From Minisyncoccota bacterium (lineage in GTDB: Bacteria > Patescibacteriota > Minisyncoccia > Phycocordibacterales > PALSA-1337): DNA of 64,000 nt. A program made the position numbers and the translations under genes. The notes under the pieces are model-generated. The model worked only from the letters and a program-made list of their open reading frames with translations. It ran no database searches and was not told where the DNA came from. Shown here in pieces: positions 46,351 through 59,200 of this stretch (positions within the stretch are counted from its first letter, which is position 1; every line of letters begins with the position of its first letter). Where the stretch lies: contig JBAYFZ010000003.1 of the NCBI GenBank assembly GCA_041666915.1, forward strand, positions 22,394 through 86,393. Direction: 5' to 3'.

Positions 46351-47526
46351 ATGAAAGATAGCTTTATTATTGAAGGTAAAAAATACATCTCGTCTAGACG
46401 AGCTTCCGAAATCTCGGACTATGCTTCTGATTACATCGGACAACTTTGTCGAGCAGGAAAGTTGGATTGCAAAATGGTCGGACGTGCATGGTTCATTACC
46501 GAAGAGTCTCTCAGTCTACACAAAACAAATGTTCTCCAAGATGAAGTTGTCAGAAACAGGATTGAAAATCTCCGTGGAAAGAAAAATAGGAACTTGGTTG
46601 TAAGCTCAGAAGCAATTAAGACTTCCGCTTCTACACAGACTCAGACTTCAACCAATGTTGTAACAGTTACAAACTCCTCAATAGTTGTTAGTTCAAATCC
46701 TGTAATATCAAATCAACAAGCTCCTGTTGTTTCGGGGTCTACTCCTGCACAATCCAAAGTTTCTGGTTCATCATTTGTTTACACTTCTGATGAAAGGCCA
46801 TTGTTACCAGTATTGAAGAAGCCTGTTACACCAGTTGCGAATGTTTCTAAGAATAAAAAAATACTTTCATTCTTATCAAAGAATGAAAGTAAATCAGCTG
46901 TTACAAAAAATAGATCAGCTAGTGAGATCGCTGGAAAAGTTACAAAGTCTCTCAAGAAGTTAACTACAGTAGGAAAACCTATCATCTCATATCCAGAACT
47001 TACTCGTTCAATAATTTTGAGACGTGCACTTGCTTCAGCTCTAGTAATCATGTTCTTTATCGGTATGGGTACGATGACTTTCAATATTTTCAATAGTGAA
47101 GAAGTCTCGGTCGCAACCAATGCTTCTAGTTCTCCTAGTGTTGCATCGGGATCGGCCAGAGCAAATGTTTACGATGTGATAATGGTTGCTACTTCTTTTG
47201 TTAAAAATGGATTTGGCAATATTGCATCTTTGTTTACAAAAACATCAAAACTCACTCTCAACGATACATCTCCGCCAGATGGTTTTGGTGGTAGTCAAGG
47301 ACTATCACCAAATGGTTTAGCAGTCACATCATCAAGTGGTTCGGATAGTGTAGATGAAGCGGTTAAACAAAAGATTAAGGGTTCGTTTTCAGATGAAGTT
47401 GAAGTTAGTCCAGATGAGAGTGGTACAGCAGGTGTGATCACTCCAGTGTTTAGAGAGTCAAAAGGAAAAGATTTTATTTATGTAATGGTTCCGGTAGATG
47501 GTAAGGGGGCAAGCGTGACACCGTAA
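46351..47526 (+). CDS. Membrane-tethered protein: N-terminal Xis/HTH_17-like DNA-binding domain, S/T-rich linker, single TM, extracytoplasmic C-terminal domain
   Basis: N-terminus: KKYISSRRASEISDYASDYIGQLCRAGKLDCKMVGRAWFITEESL, which is an HTH_17 pattern. TM: ILRRALASALVIMFFIGMGTMTF at about aa 215-237. No known domain after the TM. Confidence 0.45.
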   Translation: MKDSFIIEGKKYISSRRASEISDYASDYIGQLCRAGKLDCKMVGRAWFITEESLSLHKTNVLQDEVVRNRIENLRGKKNRNLVVSSEAIKTSASTQTQTSTNVVTVTNSSIVVSSNPVISNQQAPVVSGSTPAQSKVSGSSFVYTSDERPLLPVLKKPVTPVANVSKNKKILSFLSKNESKSAVTKNRSASEIAGKVTKSLKKLTTVGKPIISYPELTRSIILRRALASALVIMFFIGMGTMTFNIFNSEEVSVATNASSSPSVASGSARANVYDVIMVATSFVKNGFGNIASLFTKTSKLTLNDTSPPDGFGGSQGLSPNGLAVTSSSGSDSVDEAVKQKIKGSFSDEVEVSPDESGTAGVITPVFRESKGKDFIYVMVPVDGKGASVTP

Positions 47527-47579
47527 AGTTTATCAAAAGACATAATGAGCCCTCTATTATAAAGATTTAAGGTAAAAAT

Positions 47580-48257
47580 ATGAAAAAAAATATTATCAGT
47601 GCAATATTGGAAATAGGAATAGGATTCTTTGCAATCTTCTGGATATTCCTATTTTTAGAACCAGCGATATTACAGGGTGCCCAGAACACCTTCACTATCG
47701 CGCAAACAGTCTCCAAAGAGATTTCCTTCACGACACCAGGGTCCAATGTAACCCTTTCTCCTTCTTTGGGAGGTTTGACTGGGGGTACAGCAACAGGCGA
47801 AACGCAGATAGTGGTGACTACTAACAGTAGTCTTGGGTACATGATGACTATCATGGCTAGTTCATCGGTAGGTATGATCGGTAATGCTAGTTCATCCAAT
47901 TCTATTCCAGCTTATGTAACAGCTACAGCAGGTGTTCCAGATTTTAGTTTTACTGTTCCAGCCAATAAGGCATATTTTGGTTATTCAGTTGAAGCGTCTA
48001 CGACTGCTGACCTAGCAACTTCTTTCAAAGACGCTGCTAGTGCTTGTGATTCTGCTGGTGGAAGTGATACTGCTGACAAATGTTGGATAGCAGCAACTTC
48101 AACAGCGTATACGGTAGTCAATAGAACTTGGCAGACGCCAGCTTCTGGAGCAACAACTACTTTGAAATTTAGAGTTACTATCAATGCCAATCCAAGTCCA
48201 GTTATCCCAGATGATACTTATGTTGCTACAACGACACTTACAGCGACTGCAAATTAA
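47580..48257 (+). CDS. Secreted/anchored beta-rich protein of unknown function (paralog of 49363-50178; WxL-like candidate)
   Basis: N-terminal hydrophobic signal/anchor MKKNIISAILEIGIGFFAIFWIFLF. Shares blocks with the downstream paralog (VTLSPSLGGLTGGTATGETQIVVTTNSS... / ...TTTLKFRVTINAN...TYVATTTLTATAN). Confidence 0.45.
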   Translation: MKKNIISAILEIGIGFFAIFWIFLFLEPAILQGAQNTFTIAQTVSKEISFTTPGSNVTLSPSLGGLTGGTATGETQIVVTTNSSLGYMMTIMASSSVGMIGNASSSNSIPAYVTATAGVPDFSFTVPANKAYFGYSVEASTTADLATSFKDAASACDSAGGSDTADKCWIAATSTAYTVVNRTWQTPASGATTTLKFRVTINANPSPVIPDDTYVATTTLTATAN

Positions 48258-48261
48258 AAAT

Positions 48262-49311
48262 ATGAAAAAAATCACGATTATAAACAAATTGAATACTGTC
48301 AATCTGAATAAGGTGCTAGCGATCCTTGCAATATTTGTAGTCGTAGTCGGTGTCTCCAATATGGTGTTGGCAAAAGTAGAAACATCCACCACGACAAGTC
48401 CTGTTACAGAAAAAGCAGTAGTCTCTTTTGAAACTTTGCCAGAAAATACAGTATTCAATGATTTTGTTGTTGGTCCAGGAAAAGTCCAGATAGATATTGC
48501 TCCTGGAGAATCAAAAACTTTTGAACTTACTATTGCGAACAGATTAGGTACAGAGAAAACTTTTTCAATCGTAGAAGAAGATTTCGTCGGCTCAAATGAT
48601 CCAGACAAAACTGTTGTCTTGTTGGGTAATGACCGTGGCCCATATTCGCTCAAGGATTATTTGAAGATAGGTACAAGTTCAATAGACATTCCTCATGCTG
48701 TAAAGTCTCGCGTCTTGATAACTGTATCTGTTCCTAAGAATGCTCAGCCAGGTGGTCTATATGGAAGTGTTGTCATCGGTACCGTGAGTAAGGCTGGTGA
48801 CAATTCTAGTTCAACCGGAGTCAATACAACTAATCCAATAATCACTCGTATAGGTACTTTGGTTTTTGTGAGAGTTGCTGGTGCAGTCAAAGAAAGTGGT
48901 GAGCTTACAGGTTTTATATTAGCTGGCAATCACAAGTTTATTTCTGGAGGAGAGCCTGTAGTCTTTGATCTTTTGTACAAGAATTCAGGAAATATTCACC
49001 TCAATCCAAGTGGAACAATAACTATAAACAATCTGCTTGGTTCAAATGTTGGAAATATAAAAGTTGAACCATGGTTTGCTATGCCAAATTCACTTCGCTT
49101 TCGTGAGGTTGAATGGAAAGCACCTTTTCTCTTTGGAAGATACACAGCTCATGCGGTCATAGAGAGAGGTTACGGTGACCTCAAAGATGAGATGAGTGTC
49201 ACATTCTGGATCGTGCCGTGGAAGATGATGTTGATGGTGATAGCGGGTCTGGTGGTTTTTATAGGATTAGTGAGATGGATATTCAAGAAGTTCAAGATAA
49301 CGAGAAAGTAG
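48262..49311 (+). CDS. Cell-surface protein with N-terminal signal peptide, two beta-sandwich-like regions and a C-terminal TM anchor plus basic tail (DUF916/DUF3324-like architecture)
   Basis: Signal AILAIFVVVVGVSNMVLA. APGESKTFELTIANR looks like a CARDB/DUF916-like strand. C-terminal WKMMLMVIAGLVVFIGLVRWIFKKFKITRK. The track ORF at 48184 overlaps the upstream gene; the ATG at 48262 follows its stop. Confidence 0.4.
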   Translation: MKKITIINKLNTVNLNKVLAILAIFVVVVGVSNMVLAKVETSTTTSPVTEKAVVSFETLPENTVFNDFVVGPGKVQIDIAPGESKTFELTIANRLGTEKTFSIVEEDFVGSNDPDKTVVLLGNDRGPYSLKDYLKIGTSSIDIPHAVKSRVLITVSVPKNAQPGGLYGSVVIGTVSKAGDNSSSTGVNTTNPIITRIGTLVFVRVAGAVKESGELTGFILAGNHKFISGGEPVVFDLLYKNSGNIHLNPSGTITINNLLGSNVGNIKVEPWFAMPNSLRFREVEWKAPFLFGRYTAHAVIERGYGDLKDEMSVTFWIVPWKMMLMVIAGLVVFIGLVRWIFKKFKITRK

Positions 49312-49362
49312 AAGGAAGAGGTAAGAGTTAAGAGGTAGGAGGTAAGAGTTAAGAAAGAAGCA

Positions 49363-50178
49363 ATGAACAAAAATTTCATTAAAAACTTAAGGAAAAATTC
49401 TTGTGATGTCGGATATCACAGCAAGTTTACCGTCTTAATCGTTACTGCCTTTTTTGTAGTTTCAATCTTTGGTCTATTGAATGTTGTCAACGCAGAGGTT
49501 ATGTCTAGCACAAATTACAAACTTGAAAATGACAGTATCAATTTTGGTGGAGGACGTGCCACTTCTACTTCTTATGTCATTGAAGATACTGCCGGAGAAA
49601 TTGCAACAGGTATGTCGTCTAGTACCAATTACATTATGAAAGCTGGTTATCAACAGACTCAAGATATCTACACAGTTTCAGTCACGCAATCTTCAAATGT
49701 AACAATGTCTCCTTCATTCGGAGGTGTTACCGGAGGTACAGCCAATGGACAGACATCCTTTACTGTAACTACCGACAATCCTGCTGGTTATTCAGCGACG
49801 ATCGCAGCAACTATGTCTCCAGCACTTAGGACATCGGCAGATAGTTTTACGGATTATGTTCCAGCTGGTGCGGTCCCTGATTTTACTTTTACGAACGCTT
49901 CAACAAATTCTTCTTTTGCCTTTACTCCAGAGAGTACTGATTTGGATGTTGATTATGAAGATTCTGGTGGAGTTTGTGGGGTTGCAGGAAGTGATACTGC
50001 AGATGCTTGTTGGAATGGTTTATCAACGACAGGAAAGACGATACTAAATAGAACTTCATCAAACAATCCATCTGGTACAGCGTCAACGATAAAGTTTAGA
50101 GCGGAATCAGGGAGTAATCATATACAAGTAGACGGAGTTTATATGGCAACGACAACGATTACGGTAGTGGCATTGTGA
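49363..50178 (+). CDS. Secreted beta-rich protein, paralog of 47580-48257
   Basis: Signal peptide TVLIVTAFFVVSIFGLLNVVNA. VTMSPSFGGVTGGTANGQTSFTVTTDNPAGYSATIAATMS. C-terminal ...TIKFRAESGSNHIQVDGVYMATTTITVVAL. Confidence 0.45.
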   Translation: MNKNFIKNLRKNSCDVGYHSKFTVLIVTAFFVVSIFGLLNVVNAEVMSSTNYKLENDSINFGGGRATSTSYVIEDTAGEIATGMSSSTNYIMKAGYQQTQDIYTVSVTQSSNVTMSPSFGGVTGGTANGQTSFTVTTDNPAGYSATIAATMSPALRTSADSFTDYVPAGAVPDFTFTNASTNSSFAFTPESTDLDVDYEDSGGVCGVAGSDTADACWNGLSTTGKTILNRTSSNNPSGTASTIKFRAESGSNHIQVDGVYMATTTITVVAL

Positions 50179-50234
50179 GGGTAAGGGATTAGAGGATAGA
50201 GAATTAGGGATTAGAAAAAGGGGGCAAAGAAGCA

Positions 50235-53200
50235 ATGAATAAAAATTTTATTAAAAACTTAGGAAAAAATATCATCAAGGTTGCACCTCGATGTTTTGTT
50301 ATCTTTACTTTAATTATTTCTTTCATTGTTTCTCCTTTGTCAGTTTTTGCCGTTCAGTCTACATTTACAACTTCTCTAACTACTACTGGAGTTGCTACAA
50401 CACCACCGGCAATACCTTCCAATCTTTTGGCTACCGCAGTCTCTGATACACAGATTGATCTTTCTTGGACAGCTTCGGTTCCGACATTCTACACAGTTAC
50501 TGGTTATAGGATTTTCCGTGATTCTGTATTTTTGGCCACAACTAGTTCAGTGGTTTATTCCGATACAGGTTTGACTCCAGAGACAGCTTATTCATATACA
50601 GTAGAAGCTTTTGATTCAATTATTCAATTGTCTGGACAGTCTGCCACTTCTACAGCTACAACTACAGCAACACCAGTTGTTCCTCCTGTAACTCCTCCAG
50701 TAACACCACCTTCTTCTGGTGGAGGAAGTTCGGGATCTTCAGTGATCAATATCACTGATATTAAGGTCGTCGCTGGAACAAATAATGCAAATATTTCATT
50801 TAAGACCAATGTATCAGCTCAGACGAAAGTCCAGTGGGGATTCTCAAATGATTTTGAAATCGGTTCCCTTCAAAATATTTTTTATGGAAAAGAACATTCT
50901 CAAATGATAAATGGTCTTGTTGAAGGTTTAACATATTTTGTCAGGATTACAGCTACCAATAGTCAAGGTATATCTACATATAGAGATATTTCTTTCAAGA
51001 CTGATCTTGCTGTAGTAGAACTTGGTCCTTTGCCAAACCCATCAAATTTCTTGGCACAAGCTACAGACAAAAATATCAATCTTACTTGGGACAATCCTAT
51101 AGATGAGAGATTCAATAATGTCAGAATAGTTCGTACAGAAGGATTTTTCCCAATAGATCAATTTGACGGTACTCCTATATATGAGGGTGATGGTCAATCT
51201 TTTGTAGATAAGAGTGCAAAAATCGGTACTACGTATTACTATGCTATTTTTGCAAAGGGTATAGATGGAGAATATTCTTCAGGTGCTTTGGCTCAAGCTC
51301 GCATCGCTCCAGCTGGAGAGATAGTAGTCTCGCCAACTTCAACAGATCCATTTATAAATATTCCAGAGTCAACAAATGTGGATCCGATGATCAAAAAGAT
51401 TACTTTGTCTGATTTTGAATTTATTCAAGAAGGGAAAAATCTTTCAGTTATCGGTAGTACGGTTGCTATAAAAGGTGGCGAAAATCTAACTATTCGTCTT
51501 GCATACAACAAAGTTCCTGAAATTTTGAAGACAGTTGCTTTCACCTTGCAAGATCCATCAGATAAAACAAAAGTCTTCCCATTTTTGTTACGTATCAATG
51601 CTGACAAGACTTACTATGAAGCGACTATTGGTGCTTTGGGTAAATCTGGTCGTTATGGAATGTCAGTAGTTATTTTGGATTATGAAAATAAAGGTTTGAA
51701 ACGTTTGAATGGAACTCTTGCTGCGCTTGCTTTCAATGCAATGCCTTTTGATTTCGGTAATAATTTTGATTTCTTGGGCATATTGTTGTTGCTCTTGGTA
51801 ATCATCCTTGTTATTTTGGCTATCGCATTGCTTCGTAAGTGGATCAATTATTCTCCAGAACATCAGACTGTAGACAAACCAAAAACTTCTGGAGTTACTA
51901 TTTCCAGAGATGTTTTCAATGCTATTTCAAAGATTTCAATATTTGTCTTGGTTGTTACGGCTTCATTCGGAATTCAACAAGCATTTGCTACTACTTTCAA
52001 TCCAGAGATAAATTATCAAGGTAAATTGACCGATAGTGTTGGTTCAAATGTTGCCAATGGTTCATATAGTATTCGTTTCAAACTTTATACGACCTTGTCT
52101 GGAGGTTCACCTATTTGGACTGAGACATGGTGTAACACTTCAACTTGTGATGGTTTGGGTACAGGTGCGGATAGTAGAATAACTTTGACTAGTGGATTAT
52201 TTAGCACCATGCTTGGAAGTACGACTGCTTTAGATGGCATTGATTTCAATCAGCCTCTATATCTCGGTGTTGAGATCGGAGGTTCTGGAGCAACGGCTTC
52301 ATGGGATGGGGAAATGTCACCTCGTAAGATTCTCGGAGCTGTCCCTTCCGCATTTTATTCCGCAACTTCTACGGTGGCTCTTTCTGCAAATTCTGCTGAC
52401 ACCTTATCTGGATTGAATTCTTCACAATTCCTTCGCTCTGATATACAAAATGCTACTTCATCATCTTCAACTTTCTTCAGTGTCTTACAATCTGGTGCTG
52501 GTAAGATTGCAGAATTTTTTGGGAGCGCAGCACAAAGTGTCTTTTCAATTTTATCAAATGGTAATGTCGGAGTCGGAACAACTACTCCATCATCTAGGTT
52601 TAATGTTTATGGTGACGTATCTTTCCAAACTCCATCAAATTCAGCCACAGCTTTTCAGATACTAAACTCGGCCACCAGTTCGGTTTTCTCTGTAGCTACT
52701 ACAGGCTTTGGTACTACTACTTTAGCTGGTCTAACTATTTCTGGTTCAGCTACTTCTACCTCTAACGTAGGTTGGAATATCTCCACGGGATGTTTTGCAG
52801 TCAACGGTGTCTGTTTGAGTGGTGCAGATGGTACGGCCAGTTCCACTCTATTATCTGATACCAACACATGGACAGGTTTGAATGTCTTTGGTTATGCAAG
52901 TACCACTCAGATCAGTTCAACAGGAAATGCTTATCTTGCTACGACTGGTGGGAATGTTGGTATCGGCACCACTTCGCCATTCGCAAAATTTGCAATCAAT
53001 CCAATTGCTGGTGATGGGGCGTCATTCGTCATTGGTTCTTCTACTAGAACAGATTTTATAGTTACAAATGAAGGAATGATTGGGGTTGGAAGCACGAGCC
53101 CTTCTGCAATTTTCAGTATCTTAGGACGAAACGGCAAGACACAAGGTACGGCGGAAACTAGGATTGCACCAACAGCTCTCTATGTTCAAGGAGGAACCGG

Positions 53201-56200
53201 TGGTGGAGGATCTTCGATCCCTGGGGGTAAAGGAGCGGATATTATCCTTATCGCTGGTAATGGAGCAAGTTCTGCTTTAGGAGATGGTAACGGAGGTAGT
53301 TTAACATTTACGGCCGGTAATGGTGGTGCTACTGATGGGAGTGGTGTTGGTGGAAATGTAACAATAAATCCAGGTCTAACTGGAGGTGGAGGTAATGGTA
53401 AAATTGTCTTAGCTGATTTGCGAGGTAATGTTGGAGTTGGTACCACTTCACCATTCAGTAAACTTTCAGTTTCTACTCCTGCTCAACAAAGCGGATCATT
53501 ACCACTCTTTACAGTTGCTTCTACAACGAGTGCCTCGCTACTTACGGTTCTTGGGAATGGCAATGTGGGGATTGGTACGGCGGTGCCTACAAGTGTTTTA
53601 GATGTTAATGGAAATATAAATGCTACAACCATGATAGCCGGTACTCATCTACTTGTTCAGAATACAGGAATATATTATGACTCGGTTTCCAATGGAGCGT
53701 ATTCTTTTGCAAATTCTGGTGTTGATCTTGCTCTCAAAACAGCCTCTGTCGGCACAGTTATGACGATTAAAGATGCCGGCCTCGTAGGCATCGGCACCTC
53801 TACCCCATATTCCAAACTCTCCGTCTGGGGTTCTTCAACAGGAACAAACAGAATGTTTGAATTAACCAACAGTGCTTCAACAACACTAATGAGTATGTTG
53901 GAAAATGGTACAGGTTATTTCTTGGGTAATATCGGAATTGGCACCACCACTCCAGGTACTATTCTTTCTCTTGGAAATACCGGTGATAGCACCATCAATC
54001 TTTCAGTTACAGCCACTTCAACCTTTGGTACAGGAATAAATCTACGAACAGGTTGCTTCGCTGTAAACGGAACTTGTGTCGGTGGTGCAGATGGTACTTC
54101 AAGTTCTACTCTATTATCAGACACTAACACTTGGACAGGTTTGAATGTCTTTGGGTACGCAAGTACCACGCAGATATCTTCAACAGGTTCCGCCTATTTC
54201 GCAACAACTGGTGGGAATGTTGGAGTTGGTACAACTTCACCTTTCAGTAAACTTTCAGTTTCTACTTCTGCACAACAGAGTGGAACATTACCACTCTTTA
54301 CAGTTGCTTCTACAACGAGTGCTTCATTATTTACAGTTTTGGGAAATGGGAATGTGGGGATTGGGACTTCTACTGTTTCAGAAAAACTTTTTGTGGAAGG
54401 CAACATTGCTCCTTCAATGACTAACCTATATACCGCTGGTAGCTACACTCTAAATTCCGCTGTTGCTTCCGTAGCTAATATTACAGCTTCAGGAATCGCT
54501 AATTCAGATCTACTTGGTGTTAGTTCCGCTTCTGCTGGAGATGTGAATGGTGATGGTATTAACGATGTTATTATCGGTGCAACTGCTGCTGATGGTGCAG
54601 GTACCGATCGTGGTCAAGCTTACATCTTCTTTGGTTCAACCACTCCTAGGACAACATTTGCTCCTGCTTCTGCCGACGTTATCCTTTCTGGTTCAGAAGA
54701 TTCTGGTAGTTTTGGTACTAGTGTCGCCTCTGCTGGAGATGTAAACGGTGATGGATATGGCGATGTGATAGTCGGAGCTACTAATGTTGCTGGCGGAGGT
54801 TCATATCGTGGTCAAACATATATCTTTTATGGAGGCCCAAATTTCACAGGTGCAATAATTGCTTCTTCTGCAAATGTAATTATTTCCGGAGCGGCTGATT
54901 ATGATAGTAATGGTCAAGTTGTAGCTTCTGCAGGAGATGTAAACGGTGATGGATATGGCGATGTGATCATGACTGCATTGTCTGCTGATGATGGAGGTTT
55001 TGATCGTGGTCAAGCCTATATCTTTTATGGTAAGCCAAACCTTGCAAGTACATATACTACAGCAAATGCTGATGTTATTATTTCAGGAAATACCGATGGT
55101 GTTCAGATGGGTAATAGCGTAGCTTCTGTTGGAGATGTGAACGGTGATGGATATGGCGATGTGATCATTGGTGCACAATCTGCAGATGTTGGAGGTAATA
55201 ATCGCGGTCAAGCCTATATCTTTTATGGTAAGCCAAACCTTGCAAGTGCTTATTCAGCTTCTTCTGCGAATGTTATTGTCACTGGAATGGTAGATATGGG
55301 CTTTATGGGTATCAGTTCTGCTTCTGCTGGAGATGTGAACGGTGATGGATATTCTGACTTTATCATTGGGGCAAGTAGTGCAGCTGGTGGAGGTACTTCT
55401 CGCGGTCAAGCCTATGTCTTCTACGGTAAATCAAATTTAGCAAGTACATATTCTGCATCTTCCGCTAATGTAACTATTTCCGGAATCGCCAATAGTGATG
55501 CTCTTGGTTACAGTGTTGCCTCCGCTGGAGATGTGAATGGTGACGGATATGGAGATATTATAGTTGGAGCAGTTGGTGCCGCTGGTGGAGGTACATCTCG
55601 CGGTCAAGCATATATTTTCTACGGTAAGTCTGATCTTTCAAGTACTTATACAGCTTCATCTGCAGACGTTGCTTTTTCAGGAATTGCCACTAGTGATGCT
55701 TTTGGTTCCAGTGTTACTTCTGCTGGAGATATAAATAATGATGGGTACTCTGATGTTATGGTTGGAGCATATGGTGCCGCTGGCGGAGGTACATCTCGCG
55801 GTCAAACATATATCTTTACCCCAACCGGCAATCGTTTCAAATCTATTTATGCACAAAGTGGTAGCTTTACAAAGGGAATACAACTAGGTGGTGGAATGTC
55901 AACGTTGAATGCTTACGGTCTTTCAAGCCTAAGTCAATTTTCATTAAACACGGCAGATTGGTCAATCAGTAAATCAGGAACTTCTTCCATGCAGAGTTTG
56001 ATAGTTTCTGGAAATGTTGGTATCGGTACAACTTCGCCATTCTCAACTCTTTCTGTTTCTACTCCTGTACAGCAGAGTGGATTGTTATCGCTCTTCACGG
56101 TTGCTTCTACTACGGGCGCTTCTCTATTTTCTGTCTTAGGCAATGGAAATATCGGCATCGGCACGACCACTCCGGGCACACTTTTATCTCTTGGAAACAC

Positions 56201-59200
56201 CGGCAACAGTACCATTAATATTTCGGCTACTGCCACTTCAACCTTTGGTACGGGAATAGATTTAAGAACAGGTTGTTTCGCCATTAACGGCGTCTGTTTG
56301 AGCGGTGCAGACGGTACAGCAAGTTCTACACTTTTGTCTGATACTAATACTTGGACAGGTTTGAATGTCTTTGGTTACGCAAGTACCACGCAGATCAGTT
56401 CAACAGGAAATGCTTACTTTGCAACGACTGGAGGAAAGGTAGGAGTTGGAACAACTTCGCCATTCTCAACCCTTTCTGTTTCTACTCCTGCACAACAGAG
56501 CGGGTCATTACCACTTCTTACAGTAGCTTCTACGACTGGTGCGACGCTATTAACTGTTTTGGGAAATGGGAATGTGGGGATTGGAACAATGAATCCAGCG
56601 TATCCATTAGATGTTAATGGAAGTGTGAACGCAGCCTCTTATAGAACAAGTAATGTGATTTCTCTTATATTAGCAAATTCTGCTATAAATATAGGAGATA
56701 CTTATGGAAGTACTTATCCTCTTGTAGTTAATGCTGGTGGTTCAGAAAGGATGAGAGTCTCGACTGGTGGCAACGTCGGCATCGGCACCACCTCTCCATA
56801 TTCCAAACTCTCCGTCTGGGGTGCTTCAACAGGAACAAACAGAATGTTTGAATTAACCAACAGTGCTTCAACAACACTCATGAGTATGTTGGAAAATGGC
56901 ACAGGCTATTTCTTGGGTAATATTGGAATTGGAACAACTTCACCATACGCGAAACTTTCAGTGGTTGGTCCGGTAGTGGCTGAATATTTCTATGCAACCT
57001 CCACAACAGCAACTTCAACATTTGCTGGTGGGCTTGATGTAGGAAATGGTGGACTTGTTTATGAGGCTTCTACAGGTATCACTTCAGCTTCTTCATTCCA
57101 AATGGGTAACTTAAGTTTTGATCTCAATGCAGGTGCTGTATCTTGGATAGATCTTCCAATAGATAGTAGTGCCCCAGCAAATACACCACAGAGTTACACT
57201 GCCAACTTGAACGGTTTGCCAATGCTCACTATCGGAGGTCTTTCTGATGGTGCTGGGAATATTATAAATGCTGGTATCGGAATCGGTACAACTACCTCAT
57301 ATTCCAAACTCTCCGTCTGGGGTTCTTCAACAGGAACAAACAGAATGTTTGAATTAACCAACAGTGCTTCAACAACACTCATGAGTATGTTGGAAAATGG
57401 CACAGGATATTTCTTGGGTAATATTGGAATTGGAACAACCACCCCAGGTACACTCCTTTCTCTTGGAAATACCGGCAACAGTACCATTAATATTTCAGCT
57501 ACTGCCACTTCAACATTTGGTACAGGAATAAATCTAAGAACAGGTTGCTTCGCCGTCAACGGAATTTGTGTCGGTGGTGCAGATGGTACAGCAAGTTCTA
57601 CTCTACTATCAGACACCAACACATGGACAGGTTTGAATGTCTTTGGGTATGCCTCTTCAACACAATTCACAACAACGGCTGATACATATCTTGCGACATT
57701 GGGAGGCAATGTTGGCATTGGTACGACAAGTCCTGTCAGTAAGTTTTCAGTTGATGGGACTTCTAGCTTTAGTGGCTACACTATCATTGGTGGAACATCA
57801 CTTATAGATAATTCAGTTCCTCTTAATGTCATAGCTGATGGTTATTTTGGTACAGCAGGTAAGATAGCAAACTTTATTTCCAATCAAGATTATGGACATG
57901 TGGGTATATTCAAAGATGATAATTCTCGCGGATTGTTCCTCGGTTACGGTACTGGTAATTTGCTAGCAGGTAATGATAATGATGCTTTTATACAGATTGG
58001 AGCCGCATCAAGTAGTCGTGGTTACCTCCATTTGGTTGATGGTGTAGGTGCTGGTTCTGATGGTCAATTCGGTCTAATGAGTCCTTATGTTCTCATTGGA
58101 GCTTCTACTGCAAATGGAAGTGGCTCAGTCTTACAAGTTGAAGGCTTGTCTACTCTTGTTGGTAATGTTGGTGTTGGAACGACTTCACCTTTGGCAAGAT
58201 TGGATGTTGCCGGAGTCTTGGGTTCTCAAGCAGATTTATTCAATGTTTCTTCAACGACAGCAACAGATATAGTCTCAAGTCTATTTAAAGTTTCTGCAAA
58301 TGGTAATGTTACTATCGGTTATTTGAATGGTTCTCTCCAAGCTGTCAACGGAGTAGTTTCTGCAACTTCAACACTTTCAATTGCTTATGGAGGTACAGGT
58401 ACATCTACATCTCCAACATATGGAAAATTACTTATGGGTGATGGTACTGGAAAATATGACTTAGTTGCAACTTCAACATTGGGAATTTTGGGTGCTAGTG
58501 CTATTGCATTGGGTACACCTGGTCAGATACCTTATTACTCTGCAAATTTGCAAGCAGTTTCTGCAACTTCTTCTATATTTATAAATCAGACAAATAGTTT
58601 TATTGGTATCGGTACAACTACTCCTACCTCAGCTTTGTCAGTCTTCAACGCTTCCGCTCCTCAATTCCAGCTCGCATATAACACGAGTAATTACATGAAT
58701 GTCGGGGTTTCTTCTACTGGTGGAGTTACAATGGCAGTCAATGGTTCTCTCGGAGGCTTTGCTATCACAAATCCTCAACCGACCGTTGTTGGTAGTGGTA
58801 CAGGTACAAATGCTCCTCTAGGTTTCTCTGTAGCCGGTGGTATCGGAGGAAATTCAAATGATACAAATATTGGTGTTGGTGGTATCGGTGGCGGTTTGCA
58901 ACTTACAGCTGGTGTTGGAGGTTCCGCAGGACTTTCTACTTTCTCAGAGACAGGTGGTGCTGGAGGTGCAGTATCTATGCTTGCTGGTGCTGGAGGTGCA
59001 ACGGCTTCTCCTAGTATTGATTTTATGTCTAGAGTTGCAGGTAACGGAGGTCTCATGACTTTGGCTGGTGGTGCTGGAGGTAATGCTTCAAATGGTGGTC
59101 TAGCAAGTTCTAATACTGCTGGTAATGGTGGAGCTTTCACTTTGAAAGGTGGTGCTGGAGGTAATGCTAGTGGTGCTACAACCAATAATGGTGGTGCTGG

